64,000 bases of DNA from a candidate division WWE3 bacterium. Lineage in GTDB: Bacteria; Patescibacteriota; WWE3; UBA101185; UBA10185. The notes below the pieces were generated by a model that did not search any database, had not been told where the DNA came from, and was given only the letters and a program-made list of their open reading frames with translations. The translations under genes were made by a program, and so were the position numbers. The stretch is taken from positions 70,206 to 134,205 of the forward strand of contig JACPGI010000003.1 in the NCBI GenBank assembly GCA_016182565.1, given 5' to 3'. Shown piece by piece: positions 47,701 through 56,794 of this stretch. Positions within the stretch are counted from its first letter, which is position 1. Each line of letters begins with the position of its first letter.

Positions 47701-49459
47701 TCTAGACGATTTCCGTGAAGGGTCCCAAATTACCCAGAATAACTGTTATATATTAACTGTAGGCCCAAATGAGACCATAGGTGATAATACTTTTGGTAAC
47801 TTCCATGAACTCCCATCTCTTCTTATAAGCAAATTCAATAACAAGGGCGGCATTGACTTAAGGGTTGGTGACGAGGTCACTTACACAATAGAAGTTACAT
47901 CAAACGACTCAACTGCATATGGTGTTAAAGCAATAGACCTTTTGCCAAAGGGAATTAAGTATAAAGCCTCAAGTTACACTGCAAACTCCAGTGTTCGAGG
48001 TGATATCTCAGGTTTGGGTGAGCCTACCTACAATTCACCTGGTACATGGACACTGGGAGATTTAATAGCAGGTGAAATTGTTACCCTAACATATGTCGGA
48101 TTTGTTGAAGCTGGAACCGATGAAGGAACTTACAAAGATTTAGCATGGGCAGTTGCCTCTGAACAGGGTGTACTAGCATTAGCTGAAGAAGACGGGAATA
48201 AACTTGCCACAAACTTTGTAGGAACTGAGGTACAGGTTGTTAAGGATCCAGTAGTAGAGGATCTTAAAGTTGATGTTGGCGAGGATGAGAAGATAAAAGA
48301 AATTGGTGAGGTACTTGGTGCCTCCACATCACTTCCAGCAACAGGTTCCCCGACAAGCTTATTTGCTGCACTCTTGATCTGGTTAGTTTTAGGTTTAGGA
48401 GCACTTATGGTTACAAGAAAAAAATCAGTTAAATTACCAAATCCAAAAGTTTTATCGTTACTAAATATTTTTGCGGGCATTATAGTAGCATCATTTATAT
48501 TTACTCCAAGTGCTTCTGCTACTGCACCCAATAATTTATTTGTTAGATTAGAGGAGCCAAAAGCAACAACAAATGTAGACTTTAATCTATCTTTTGTTGC
48601 ACTCGATAGTGATAACAACAAAATAGAAGTTCAATGCTTCAAAAAAGGCCCATCTGATGGTGTCTCTTATGTTGCATTTGGTGCTCCGATCATCTTAAAT
48701 AATGGTGGGGATACTGGGATTTGTGAAGCTAAATCTACAAATATCCTTACAAATGACGGTAGTTACTGGTTTAAAGTATCTGCAAAAACATTGACTGAAA
48801 ATCCACTAGATTCTGTGACTTCGGAGTCTGAGGAATGGAAAGTTGACTATGATGGGAATGGCCCAGGAAAACCATTTGATATCGAAAAAGATAAAGATGG
48901 TAATTGTCAGTTTGAGCTCTCATTTAAGACTGCAAATGATGGTGAAACCTCATACGTAGAAATATATAGGGATGATGACAGAGAATTTACAGCTGATGCA
49001 ACTAAACTACATAAAACAATAAGTATTGGACCAAATACGTCTTATAAGTATGAGGATGATCTTTACGGCAGCGAGTGCGGTAAAAACTTCTACTATGGCG
49101 TAAGAGCTTTTGATGCAAACGGCTATGGTTCAGCTCTTGGACAAGAGGAGGATACTGAAACTACAAAAGAAGTAACTATAACCACCACTGAGACAAAAGA
49201 GGAAACAGGCGCAGTTCTTGGAGGCGGTTCTTCTATTGAGGTGGGTGGTGAAGAAAATGCAGATAGTGAAGTTGTATTACCAGGAGACGTTTTAGGTGAA
49301 TCCGATAAAGGTAATGCCACTGAAGATAACGAGTCGATAAATGGAGGTGTGTTGGGAAGTGCTATTTCTAAGCTTAAAAACCCTAAAGTTATTGGCCTTC
49401 TTATTGCGGCTTTGTTACTGTTAGCATATGGCTATTACAGAGCTAAAAAATCCAAGTAA
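41798..49459 (+). CDS. Giant (about 2,550 aa) surface protein with tandem beta-sandwich repeats, Cna-B/SdrD-B-like and DUF11 domains, an internal LPATG sorting signal and a C-terminal membrane-anchored FN3-like region
   Basis: It has a signal peptide MYYKNKTKRLIASVALL. About seven near-identical 85-90 aa repeats follow (LTVTKVVVNDNGG...CTITNDD). Cna-B-type motifs are present (LPDWTIYIDTNGN...GEVSTKTDENGNYTF). A DUF11-like domain is present (GDEVTYTIEVTSN). LPATG is followed by a hydrophobic stretch and RKK at nt 48332-48420. The ORF then continues in frame for 350 aa and ends with a TM segment plus RAKKSK. Confidence 0.8.
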   Translation: MYYKNKTKRLIASVALLSQMVYTVNPFVYAYISYSINSKALAQEVTDIASDTVVSQETINSQNTLNTESDAETSSNFESSIPTNEPIVEEFLSSNLMDVDTEVVDQGSEGDVLPVVTGVTIPEVTPQVEANQTEEIIVAEPSSGIEVQETKPEVQIPNTIESSTETTDDSPETNAVVESSFSSGEILDSGSTSVRTTSEPSDFIDAKEQVNGMECLDTEASIITSTTDMWEVDSATNTAKTKGDVQTGIRYEFPLNKDVAVTFTCLPKDTQELSSLKIQQVKVSELNLPKGTTTSVEYAYDITSDMPNGSFEYEVVLPKPILTTTELIYIEKSIDDATNEDLVKSDLKKVSSVQIEQTKNLLTASELNHFTIFLIVDGTNIPDFSNDWLDFYDTLGNLVTDVEDGKLGMNDESNGGTNVTPAEIDIGSAVDISGTNSGNQSSLQYYYEDNNTGGTCSDDTLFLRMRLEGNPEASGNSGSAYSSYHWDFLLDANNNGTSDFVIDVFGGKTNSFDSSEGGQSGSIGLYPNDANSTSYTTDNVLWTARADDGSNLYTQVEKDDYGDAIASNDQFWMEAAVPLNVNAAFQAAVCNLTDLDGLVFASTSTSNTDPLQKDWMNPVGFFTSHVEHKSVENLTNAGATTVLDPAAAGDIIEYTLSVTNDGTREIPGFIFSDDISDILAYATLVNGDTDGNGKTGTVVSNTISWPQQDIAVGQTLTEQFSVQINSASLWNGTDFTMTNVYGDTVNVYLQSYGYVTVNKIVIAHGASKVAADFGPFKVGDTTVTLGETTAFPVGTYTISETTDANYIASFSNDCPNGEVTVTVNSTAACTITNERIVINPKITLIKEVINDNGGTATSNDFGLSIGGTSVTSGQTVEVTAGTPVALNEVGLTGYSFVSMTGANCPSNLGDSVTLAEGDDITCTITNDDVAPLLTVTKVVVNDNGGTKQVSDFPLFVDTTQVTSGVQNGFNTGSYTVSETSINGYTSTFSGDCDAQGQVSLSLGNVKTCTITNDDVEPLLTVTKVVVNDNGGVSVVSDFNLYVDSTQVSSGVQNGFIAGNHTVSEANNTEYTGTISGDCSADGSITLEVGDVKTCLITNDDRIANLTVKKVVINDNGGDKEPSDFSFSVNDGPSVAFEADGENVLAVNAGTYSVVEENAQGYTTTYDNCSNIVLPNGGSAICTVTNDDQPGTLIVKKVVVNDNGGNNEVTDFSFTVNSGDAIAFEADGQNDITVDASIYSVEEVATAGYDATYDNCIRVSIPNGGSATCTITNNDIAPSLTLTKEVINDNNGTATANDFGLSIGGVSVTSGQKLTLNANEAYALNEVGLYGYTFKEITGDAKCPAVLGGEITLAEGDDLTCTIVNDDVAAKLTVTKIVEGGTNQVSDFPLFVDATSVTSGETNEFNQGSYTVSETNQTGYTGVISGDCDANGSITLNVGDTKACTITNTRDTGTIKVTKIVDSYLNDSSTWDITISGPTNNYDTLANGESTSAFVSDTGSYTISETAHTGTNGGDYTSTYECKDGENTLELGNGIGTEITGLNLEKNQDVECTFTNSVKRGSITIVKDAQPDSEEDFRFTAKIPNLDDLDFYLDDDGDNTNDLSNTEVLSDLLPGTYNITEPHIQYWTLESVTCEGGSDANANERNAVIKLQPGENVTCTFVNTINRGSVTVTKYLDENANGTRDEGEVTLPDWLINLSHKGSVDTLVTNSDGQVTFENLLPKTYTLSEDLSEGWYQSNISCTGDTGIDTSNEHQVIVNPEDQISCEIGNYQNSEIKVVKRILNPQGEEVTDLTTEFLFELAGVLDADELTENLVSENLGDDESFTTSVKPGTYQVTEVADANYDFKGCSALYEETSVGESITNGKVVTVGSGDRIVITCDNWQKPSTITGSKWEDKDQSSQRDENEPLLPDWTIYIDTNGNSSFDDGEVSTKTDENGNYTFNLNPGTYKICEVIPSEWIQTYPDFNDNLDDFREGSQITQNNCYILTVGPNETIGDNTFGNFHELPSLLISKFNNKGGIDLRVGDEVTYTIEVTSNDSTAYGVKAIDLLPKGIKYKASSYTANSSVRGDISGLGEPTYNSPGTWTLGDLIAGEIVTLTYVGFVEAGTDEGTYKDLAWAVASEQGVLALAEEDGNKLATNFVGTEVQVVKDPVVEDLKVDVGEDEKIKEIGEVLGASTSLPATGSPTSLFAALLIWLVLGLGALMVTRKKSVKLPNPKVLSLLNIFAGIIVASFIFTPSASATAPNNLFVRLEEPKATTNVDFNLSFVALDSDNNKIEVQCFKKGPSDGVSYVAFGAPIILNNGGDTGICEAKSTNILTNDGSYWFKVSAKTLTENPLDSVTSESEEWKVDYDGNGPGKPFDIEKDKDGNCQFELSFKTANDGETSYVEIYRDDDREFTADATKLHKTISIGPNTSYKYEDDLYGSECGKNFYYGVRAFDANGYGSALGQEEDTETTKEVTITTTETKEETGAVLGGGSSIEVGGEENADSEVVLPGDVLGESDKGNATEDNESINGGVLGSAISKLKNPKVIGLLIAALLLLAYGYYRAKKSK
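44320..46140 (+). repeat. Tandem coding repeats (about seven units, 255-270 nt period) inside the giant surface protein gene
   Basis: Repeated peptide blocks start with (L/K)LTVTKVV(V/I)NDNGG and end with C(T/L)ITNDD. Adjacent units are highly similar. Confidence 0.7.
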
Positions 49460-50144
49460 GTTAACCCCTTTTACAAATAAGCCAGCCCTCTTTTGGGTTG
49501 GCTTATTTTTGGTTCTTGTATCTTTGTTAGGTATATCTTTAATATTTGCTCCAATTATAAAAAACGAAATTAAGTACATGAGTATGCAGCGAGATGCAAT
49601 AAAGAATGATGGAAATAATGGAGCAACCTCAGGAGGATCTAACTTACCCAATTTATCAAAAAAACCCATTGTCGCTGTGGATGAAAACTTCAGTATAGTT
49701 ATTCCAAAAATTGGGGCTAACTCAAAAGTTATTGAGGAAGTTGATTACAGAATTTCCAGCGAGTATCAAAAGGCATTATCCCAAGGGGTTGCACATGCTA
49801 AAGATACACCAAGTCCAAAAACAGCATCCATGGCTGGCGAAGGAAATACTTTTCTCTTTGCCCATTCATCTGACAGCTTTTTTACAGCAAATCAGTATAA
49901 TTCGGTGTTTTACCTTTTGACAAAGCTTAAAACCAATGATTATTTCTATATAGCTTTTGATAAGAAACTTTATAAATACGAGATTATCGAAAAAAAGATT
50001 GTTTCGGCTAGTGAGATTAAGTATTTATCAAAAATTGATGAAATAGATGGTAAAAAGGTTGGTGTCACCGCAACTTTAATGACATGTTGGCCCGCTGGAA
50101 CTACATATAAAAGGCTTGTTGTTGTAGGAAAACTTGTAAACTAG
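49428..50144 (+). CDS. Sortase (class A/E-like transpeptidase)
   Basis: An N-terminal TM anchor is followed by His in FLFAHSSD, the catalytic TLMTCWP (TLxTC) and Arg in YKRLVVVG. The gene overlaps the end of the LPATG protein gene. Confidence 0.75.
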   Translation: MAITELKNPSKLTPFTNKPALFWVGLFLVLVSLLGISLIFAPIIKNEIKYMSMQRDAIKNDGNNGATSGGSNLPNLSKKPIVAVDENFSIVIPKIGANSKVIEEVDYRISSEYQKALSQGVAHAKDTPSPKTASMAGEGNTFLFAHSSDSFFTANQYNSVFYLLTKLKTNDYFYIAFDKKLYKYEIIEKKIVSASEIKYLSKIDEIDGKKVGVTATLMTCWPAGTTYKRLVVVGKLVN

Positions 50145-50213
50145 TATTTGCACACCCCACCTAAACACCAAGCTTGCTTTGTATCTTTAAGCAAAAGATA
50201 GTAAAATAGATAC

Positions 50214-50963
50214 ATGAACAAATACAAATTTCTAACTTCAATACTGCTTATTCCACTTTTAGCCTTCTCATTTAGTTTTTTTGTTTACGCTGAGGAGGAT
50301 AACGACAACGAAGAAGAACAGACTGTATCCAGTAATGAGGATACAGAAGATGATGACAATTCCTCAGATTCGAATGAAGAGGAGGATAGTGATGAAGACG
50401 CCGATGAGCCAAAGTCTTACCGTGAAAAGATGGAGGAGAGATGGGGAACTAAAGAGCTAAAGCTTGAGCAAAGAAAAGAGGAACTCAAGCAACGCTTAGA
50501 GGAGAAAAGAGATGATGTTATTGAAAGACGCTGTGAAGAAGTAGTCAGTAGGGTTACTAAACGAATTACCCAGTACAATAAAAATGTAGGAGTTCATATT
50601 GATAATTACACTAGACTGTACGAAAGGTTAGATGAAATTACCAAAAAACTTGCTGCAAAAGGCTATGACGTAGCTAAATTGGAAGCCGACATGGTGGTTT
50701 TGGACAATATGGTAAATGATTATGCCGGTATCTATGCCGGTTTTATTGCTCAACTTACCGAATCTCAGAGCTTGGCTTGTGGAGAATCTGAAGGAGCATT
50801 TAAGCAGTTACTCCAAGATGCAAGAATGCAGTTGAAGGCTGCGATTGAATCAAGACAAGAAATACGATACTACTATGAGCATACAATAAGGCAGGATATA
50901 AAAGATATTAGGGAGCAAAAAGTTGATGATAGTTCCAAGGTAGGAGGAGTTGACGATGAATAA
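50214..50963 (+). CDS. Secreted acidic coiled-coil hypothetical protein
   Basis: A signal peptide MNKYKFLTSILLIPLLAFSFSFFVYA is followed by a D/E/S-rich low-complexity stretch. Confidence 0.35.
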   Translation: MNKYKFLTSILLIPLLAFSFSFFVYAEEDNDNEEEQTVSSNEDTEDDDNSSDSNEEEDSDEDADEPKSYREKMEERWGTKELKLEQRKEELKQRLEEKRDDVIERRCEEVVSRVTKRITQYNKNVGVHIDNYTRLYERLDEITKKLAAKGYDVAKLEADMVVLDNMVNDYAGIYAGFIAQLTESQSLACGESEGAFKQLLQDARMQLKAAIESRQEIRYYYEHTIRQDIKDIREQKVDDSSKVGGVDDE

Positions 50964-51246
50964 AAAACAAATATTAGAAGCAGTAGTTTTCGGTGGGGCA
51001 CTAGCGGGGTTTATACTTTGGTTTCTGTTTGGTAGAGTGATGCCCTTATCCAAAAATATTTACAAAAATGAAATGACAAAAAGTGGTTCTAATGTGAGCG
51101 ATAGACAGGGTTCTGCGAAGCCATTTGTGGCTTTACCAATGGTAGATACTGCACCACCTGAAGTAAGTGATTCTGTTGTTAAAGAGTTGGATAATTATGT
51201 AATGGGTGTTGATGCTACAGGATCTGAAGATTTATCAGACTTGTAG
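50950..51246 (+). CDS. Small single-TM hypothetical protein
   Basis: ORF overlapping the upstream gene, with one hydrophobic segment. Confidence 0.25.
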   Translation: MTMNKKQILEAVVFGGALAGFILWFLFGRVMPLSKNIYKNEMTKSGSNVSDRQGSAKPFVALPMVDTAPPEVSDSVVKELDNYVMGVDATGSEDLSDL

Positions 51247-51264
51247 ATTTATTTTTAAACTCTT

Positions 51265-51744
51265 CTATTTGATAAGATTTGCAACAAGAAGTCCTATTAT
51301 TATTGCTATACCGGCAATAAACACCATTCTTATTCCATCCTTTACTTTGTGTACCGGTATAAGTCCAAGTCCAAATAAAGCAAGAAAAGTAACACCCATA
51401 GAGATATATTTTGCAATGGTAGTTTCGATAAACAGGTAAGGTGCAAGTACTAACCATCCCGCTAGTAGATAAGTGACAAGCATAACTAGGGCATCTACAG
51501 TTGTATTATCTTTCACATCATTTTTTGAATTTTCAATCTCGTGTACCGACTCCTCACTAAGAAAAGCTCCGGCGCTCATAGAAAGTGCTTCTACACTAAT
51601 AACTACAAGTCCGGTTACAATAAGTTGTTTGGAACTATAGTCAGAGTTTGTAGCAAGACCAAAAACTACTCCAACAGTGGAAACGAAAGCATCTTCTGCC
51701 CCAAATATAAAATTTCTAAAATACTCTCGGTTTAATTTAGGCAC
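51265..51744 (-). CDS. VIT1/CCC1-family (DUF125) iron/manganese transporter-like membrane protein
   Basis: N-terminal IFGAEDAFVSTVGVVFGLA resembles the VIT-family motif GANDGLVSTxSLVxGVA. Several TM segments are present. Confidence 0.45.
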   Translation of the reverse strand: MPKLNREYFRNFIFGAEDAFVSTVGVVFGLATNSDYSSKQLIVTGLVVISVEALSMSAGAFLSEESVHEIENSKNDVKDNTTVDALVMLVTYLLAGWLVLAPYLFIETTIAKYISMGVTFLALFGLGLIPVHKVKDGIRMVFIAGIAIIIGLLVANLIK

Positions 51745-51824
51745 TTTGATATATTAGCAGGGAAATAAGAGCGATGTATAGAAGGTTACATCGCTCTTTC
51801 TTTTGGTGCACATGTTACATATTG

Positions 51825-52118
51825 TTATTGTGGAGTCAGATCTCGTGCAAGACGAAGAGTTTTTCTGATTTTCGCTCTTTTGTCAGCTTTCCTTCTCAAA
51901 GCCACTTTGATTGCCGCCTCAACAAGTTTCACAACATCAGGTTGTGTCTCTTGGATCTGACCACTTACATCACCCCAGATCAGAAACTCCAAATTCAACT
52001 TGGCTGGAAGTAGTGTTACATGGGGTACATCATCCTGCCATTGTAGTAGTACCCACACGAAATTTGGGCTTTTTCCTGCCCTAAACATCCTTGTACCTAT
52101 AATAGGATCGTTGGACAT
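51825..52118 (-). CDS. Hypothetical protein
   Basis: 97 aa ORF with a basic C-terminus; no recognisable motif. Confidence 0.3.
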   Translation of the reverse strand: MSNDPIIGTRMFRAGKSPNFVWVLLQWQDDVPHVTLLPAKLNLEFLIWGDVSGQIQETQPDVVKLVEAAIKVALRRKADKRAKIRKTLRLARDLTPQ

Positions 52119-52232
52119 ATTTATGCTCCTTTCCTCTTTGTCTATTGTTTGGATTTATTTTTTACTTGGATTGTAAAGTTATAAATAGGTTGTTACTTTG
52201 CATTATAGCTAAAAAACTATTATGATCAACTT

Positions 52233-52568
52233 ATGAAATTAATATTAAAATTACTCATAGCAACAGTGTCTATTTTGGTGGCAGGTTATATTATTCCTGG
52301 CGTACAGGTAGCAAGCTTTTTTACAGCTTTAGTAGTAGCTATAGTTCTTGGTGTTTTGAATACTTTTATCAAGCCTATCATAATGATTCTTGCACTTCCT
52401 ATAAATATACTCACGCTTGGTTTGTTTACTGTTGTAATTAATACAGGGATGATTTTACTTACTGATAAAATCGTTTCTGGATTTGTACTACCTGGATTTT
52501 GGATTGCTTTAGTATTTGGTTTTGTAATGTGGATGGTAAATTCCTTTCTGTCGATGTTTTTGGATTAA
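52233..52568 (+). CDS. PF04020-like (DUF360 / phage-holin-4 superfamily) four-TM membrane protein
   Basis: 110 aa with LIATVSILVAGYIIPGV...LNTFIKPIIMILALPINILTLGLFTVVIN, matching the family-wide pattern. Confidence 0.5.
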   Translation: MKLILKLLIATVSILVAGYIIPGVQVASFFTALVVAIVLGVLNTFIKPIIMILALPINILTLGLFTVVINTGMILLTDKIVSGFVLPGFWIALVFGFVMWMVNSFLSMFLD

Positions 52569-52620
52569 TCAAGCCATCTACTCTAAAGTTTTTATAATCG
52601 ACTAGCTTATAAACTCTTTT

Positions 52621-53664
52621 TTAAAAGTTAAGGATTGGTGGGATTATTCCAGCTCCAGATAAAGCTCCAATAAGGTTTAGTAATGCAAAAAATATTACAA
52701 TAAAGCCTGCTGATTTAAAAAATATGCCTTTGTTTGTATGGGTTGAATATTTGTTTGACACAAAACTTATCATAGCAAGTACAGGAAGGGTTCCCAAGGA
52801 AAAGGCGAACATAGTAATGGCCCCATCTGTGAAGTTACCCTTAGTAAGTGCAAAAAGTTGCATAGATTGAGTGAATCCGCACGGTAAAAAGAATGTTCCT
52901 ACCCCAAGTATAGCTGGTAGAAGGATTAATTTTTGGTTTTGAGTGTAGCGATGGGGTGTTTTGTTAAAGGATAACAAATATTTTCCAAAAAATTTTGGCA
53001 TTTTAATTTGGAACTTATTTATAAGTGTGGGAATTTCGAGTAAATTTAGTCCAATTCCAACCATAACAAAAAATAAGAGTAAATTTAATATTACCGAGAT
53101 AGTAGAAGTTAAGATAAAAGCTGACCCTAATATACCAATCACACCACCCAGTAGGAAAAATCCAAGTAGTCTTGAAATATGAAAGATAAAAAGTGGTAGT
53201 GTTTGTGTGTTTTTTGCATATGAGGAAGATATGGAAAGTACTAGTCCTCCAACCACTGCCATACAAGTGGATAGTGACGCTAATACCCCTATTCCAAATA
53301 TCGCGGGCAGTGTAACTTCTTCAAAACCAAATAGTTTTACAATTCCAAGTTTTTGCAAAGCTATAAAGCCTCCAAAAACTAAAATTGCAATAAGAAGTGC
53401 TTGAAAAATTTCTCCCGAGTTATTATTTTGGTCTTTTTCTGATTTTGTTTTTGTTATCTTGTAACCGGCATATTCTACTAATTTAGATAAATCATGGGGA
53501 TTAAGTTCTTTTGAACTTTCTATATAAACTTTTGCTTCACCTAAATTTGCCCTAACCGATAAGACGTTTGGTGCGTCTTTAAGCTCACTTTCAATTAGAA
53601 GTTCGCATGCATTGCAGTGCATTCCATCTACAAAATATTCATTTTTTATTATTTTCTTTGTCAT
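52621..53664 (-). CDS. HMA-domain-fused polytopic membrane protein (DsbD/CcdA-like TM domain) of the copper cluster
   Basis: An N-terminal heavy-metal-associated motif GMHCNAC is followed by 6-8 TM segments, with Cys in the TM regions (LSTCMAV, LPCGFTQ). Confidence 0.45.
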   Translation of the reverse strand: MTKKIIKNEYFVDGMHCNACELLIESELKDAPNVLSVRANLGEAKVYIESSKELNPHDLSKLVEYAGYKITKTKSEKDQNNNSGEIFQALLIAILVFGGFIALQKLGIVKLFGFEEVTLPAIFGIGVLASLSTCMAVVGGLVLSISSSYAKNTQTLPLFIFHISRLLGFFLLGGVIGILGSAFILTSTISVILNLLLFFVMVGIGLNLLEIPTLINKFQIKMPKFFGKYLLSFNKTPHRYTQNQKLILLPAILGVGTFFLPCGFTQSMQLFALTKGNFTDGAITMFAFSLGTLPVLAMISFVSNKYSTHTNKGIFFKSAGFIVIFFALLNLIGALSGAGIIPPILNF

Positions 53665-53670
53665 ATTACT

Positions 53671-55992
53671 TTAAATTTTTGCAAGCTTTAATCTTAATGA
53701 GTTAGAGATAACCGAAACGCTGCTAAATGCCATTGCAAGTCCTGCAAACATAGGATTTAACATAACTCCCCAAATTGGATATAAAAGTCCTGCTGCAAGT
53801 GGTATACCTACTACATTGTAAAAGAATGCCCAAAAAAGATTTTGTTTAATTGTCTTCATGGTTTGTTTTGAAAGTTTTATAGCTTTTATTACTTTGGAGA
53901 AATCTCCACGTAATAAAGTGATAGATGCAGCCTCAATTGCGACATCAGTCCCAGTAGCCATAGCCATACCAATATCGGCTTGCGCTAGGGCAGGTGAGTC
54001 ATTTATCCCATCACCTATCATAGCCACTATCTCACCCATGTTTTGAAGCTCTATTATTTTTGCCACTTTTTCATGTGGTAAAACACCTGCAATTACTAAG
54101 TCTATACTTGCTTGCTTTGCAATATAGTTTGCTGTGTTTTCATTGTCACCGGTTAACATGATTACTTTTATCCCCATTTTGTGTGCCTTTTGTATGGTTT
54201 CTTTGATCCCATCTTTTAGTGTGTCTGAAATTGCAAAAATTCCAAGTATAAATTTATCCTCCCCCTGTAGCTCCCCAAGTATTACTGGAGTTTTGCCCTC
54301 AAGTGTCAGGTTCTTTATTTTACTAAGTTCTTCTTTTTGCAGATAATTTTCAAATAATCTTTGGCTTCCGACCTGATACCTTTTATTTTCTAGAACTCCA
54401 ACAATTCCCTTACCCTCAATAATTTCAAAATTAGTCGCAGTTAAAAGGTTTATATTTAACGCTTTTGCTCTTTCAACGATTGCTTGAGCGAGAGGATGTT
54501 CTGAGTTTTTTTCAAGGGATGCAGCAAGTTGAATTAGTTTTTTCTCGTCTAAGGAAAAGCTTTTCCCATCTTTTGGTGCTTCTACCATAAATATATCAAC
54601 AAGTTCTGGTGTTCCTTTTGTTATAGTGCCTGTTTTATCTGTGACAATTGTTGTTACTTTGTGGAGTTTTTCAAGGCTATCTGCATCTTTAATAAGTATT
54701 CCATTCTGGGCGCCTTTTCCTGTGCCAACAATTATGGCAGTAGGTGTAGCAAGGCCTAAGGCACAGGGACATGCAATAACAAGAATTCCTGTAAACGAAA
54801 TAAGTCCATATGATAGAGCTTGGCTAAAGCCTAGTGTTTTAGTCCCGATTACAAGCCAGCATCCTAAGGATAAGAATGCGATAACAAGTACTGTTGGAAC
54901 AAAAACTTCAGATATTTGATCAGCAAGTTTTTGGATTGGGGCTTTTGTTCCTTGTGCATCCTCCACCATTTTTATAATATGTGCCAGCAGGGTTTCTTGG
55001 CCAATTTTTGTTGCTTCTACTCGTAAAACACCCTGTTTATTTACTGTTCCTCCTACTACAAGGTCTCCTATTTTTTTATCAACTGGGATGGATTCTCCTG
55101 TTATCATAGATTCGTCAACTGAAGAGTATCCATCAACAACTTTACCATCTACTGGTATTTTCCCGCCTGGTTTTATAACAATAATATCTCCGATTACGAC
55201 TTCCTCAAGTTTGATTTCAATTTCCTCTTTTATTTTTGTTTCATTATTTATTCTTTCGACTATGGCAACTTTTGCTTGTAGATTAATTAATTTTTCGATG
55301 GCTTCCCCTGTTTTATGCTTTGATTTAAGTTCTAAATACTTTCCAAAAGTTATAAAGCCAATAACAACTATTGCTACATCAAAATATGTACTGGAGCTTT
55401 GACCCAAGAAGTTTTTAATTGCTGGTGAAGATGTAATTAAGGTGCTGTATATAAAAGCAGTGCCTGTTCCTATACCTATTAATGTGTCCATATTTGCGAC
55501 TTGAAATCTTATAAAATTCCATACCCCCATTAAAAAAGGTTTTCCAATCCCGATAAGTGTAGCTGTTGCTAAAACAAAGAAAACATAATTCATAGTCTTT
55601 TCATCAATTATTTCCATTACCAATTCTTTAGCAAAGATCTGTCCCATCATGACAGCAAAAACCCCCACTGTTATAGGTAGGGAAAACAATACTTTTTTCC
55701 ACATATTTTCTAAATCTATCTCTTGTGAGTTTTTATCATCTTGGTTCGAAAGATTTTTTGCCCCTTCAACTAATTTGTAGCCAAAAGTTTCGATTTTACT
55801 GTTTAACTCGTCAAGCGAAATCTTCTTGGAATCAAAAACTATTTTTGCCTTTTCATTTGCATAATTTACTTCTACGTTTTCCACTCCCACCTCTTTTTTT
55901 AATATTTTTTGAATCACAAGAGCACAGCTTGCACAATGCATTCCCTGGACTTTTAATTGTTCTGTAGTTAGGGGTGTAGAGTTTTCTATCAT
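53671..55992 (-). CDS. copA: Copper-translocating P1B-type ATPase
   Basis: It has N-terminal [11 protein letters not shown], the TM metal site CPCALG, the phosphorylation site DKTGTIT and the hinge [10 protein letters not shown]. Confidence 0.9.
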   Translation of the reverse strand: MIENSTPLTTEQLKVQGMHCASCALVIQKILKKEVGVENVEVNYANEKAKIVFDSKKISLDELNSKIETFGYKLVEGAKNLSNQDDKNSQEIDLENMWKKVLFSLPITVGVFAVMMGQIFAKELVMEIIDEKTMNYVFFVLATATLIGIGKPFLMGVWNFIRFQVANMDTLIGIGTGTAFIYSTLITSSPAIKNFLGQSSSTYFDVAIVVIGFITFGKYLELKSKHKTGEAIEKLINLQAKVAIVERINNETKIKEEIEIKLEEVVIGDIIVIKPGGKIPVDGKVVDGYSSVDESMITGESIPVDKKIGDLVVGGTVNKQGVLRVEATKIGQETLLAHIIKMVEDAQGTKAPIQKLADQISEVFVPTVLVIAFLSLGCWLVIGTKTLGFSQALSYGLISFTGILVIACPCALGLATPTAIIVGTGKGAQNGILIKDADSLEKLHKVTTIVTDKTGTITKGTPELVDIFMVEAPKDGKSFSLDEKKLIQLAASLEKNSEHPLAQAIVERAKALNINLLTATNFEIIEGKGIVGVLENKRYQVGSQRLFENYLQKEELSKIKNLTLEGKTPVILGELQGEDKFILGIFAISDTLKDGIKETIQKAHKMGIKVIMLTGDNENTANYIAKQASIDLVIAGVLPHEKVAKIIELQNMGEIVAMIGDGINDSPALAQADIGMAMATGTDVAIEAASITLLRGDFSKVIKAIKLSKQTMKTIKQNLFWAFFYNVVGIPLAAGLLYPIWGVMLNPMFAGLAMAFSSVSVISNSLRLKLAKI

Positions 55993-56279
55993 TATCTGTG
56001 CTTTTTTGTTAAATTAACAACTTCAAGTACCTCTTGTATTAGTTTTTCTTTTGTATTTTCATTTTGGGTTGTCATGCCGTCTTTAAAACATGTTCTCATA
56101 TGATTTTTTAGCATTTTATCAGATGCTGATTTAAGTAAACCACTTACCGATGCGATTTGAGTCACAATGTCAATGCAATATACGTCCTTGTCAATCATGG
56201 TTAGAACATTGTTTATGTGAGTTCTTGCTTTCTTTAATGCAATCGATGCTTGTTTTTTTGGATCGTCAATTTTTCTCAT
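55992..56279 (-). CDS. csoR: CsoR/RcnR-family metal-sensing repressor
   Basis: 95 aa with [12 protein letters not shown]...HMRTCF (Cys-His-Cys ligand pattern). Its stop overlaps the copA start. Confidence 0.65.
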   Translation of the reverse strand: MRKIDDPKKQASIALKKARTHINNVLTMIDKDVYCIDIVTQIASVSGLLKSASDKMLKNHMRTCFKDGMTTQNENTKEKLIQEVLEVVNLTKKHR

Positions 56280-56716
56280 ATAAATTTAATTGAAAAGTTA
56301 TACATACCCATAGAACATGTTCCCCTTAAAATACTTCCTGCTTCCTGTGGGGGGATCTCGATGTCAGTTGTGCCGGTGGGTGGTAAATTACGAAGTACCC
56401 TTAAACTTGGTATCGTTAGCGAGGTGCTGCAATCAAATGTACCCATTGTTGTAACTCGAAGAATTGAGGGTGTATTCGCTTTGGCAATGCTTTTAGTCGG
56501 TGAATATCCAACTTTTGCTGTTAATTTAACAATTTGCTTTCCATCCTCTATCTCTGTAGTAAGCCTTTCGTTTTTAGTTGAAGTATCATCAGCAATCAAA
56601 CTGGAATTTGTGTTGGTTAAGTTGATAAGAAATGCCAAGCCTGCGATAAGAAGAAGTGTAAATACCATATTTACAATCTTTGTTTGTGAATTTTGGCTTG
56701 TAGGATTCATCGGCAT
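56276..56716 (-). CDS. Secreted hypothetical protein with a C-terminal Cys/Met-rich motif (copper-operon leader gene)
   Basis: It has a signal/TM segment and a C-terminal RGTCSMGMYNF. It overlaps the csoR start. Confidence 0.3.
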   Translation of the reverse strand: MPMNPTSQNSQTKIVNMVFTLLLIAGLAFLINLTNTNSSLIADDTSTKNERLTTEIEDGKQIVKLTAKVGYSPTKSIAKANTPSILRVTTMGTFDCSTSLTIPSLRVLRNLPPTGTTDIEIPPQEAGSILRGTCSMGMYNFSIKFI

Positions 56717-56794
56717 ATTGTAATTAATACATTAATTTTGCGTTTTTGCAATACCCCAGCTATGGGTATGATTAGAAGTATAATCTAAGGCTTT

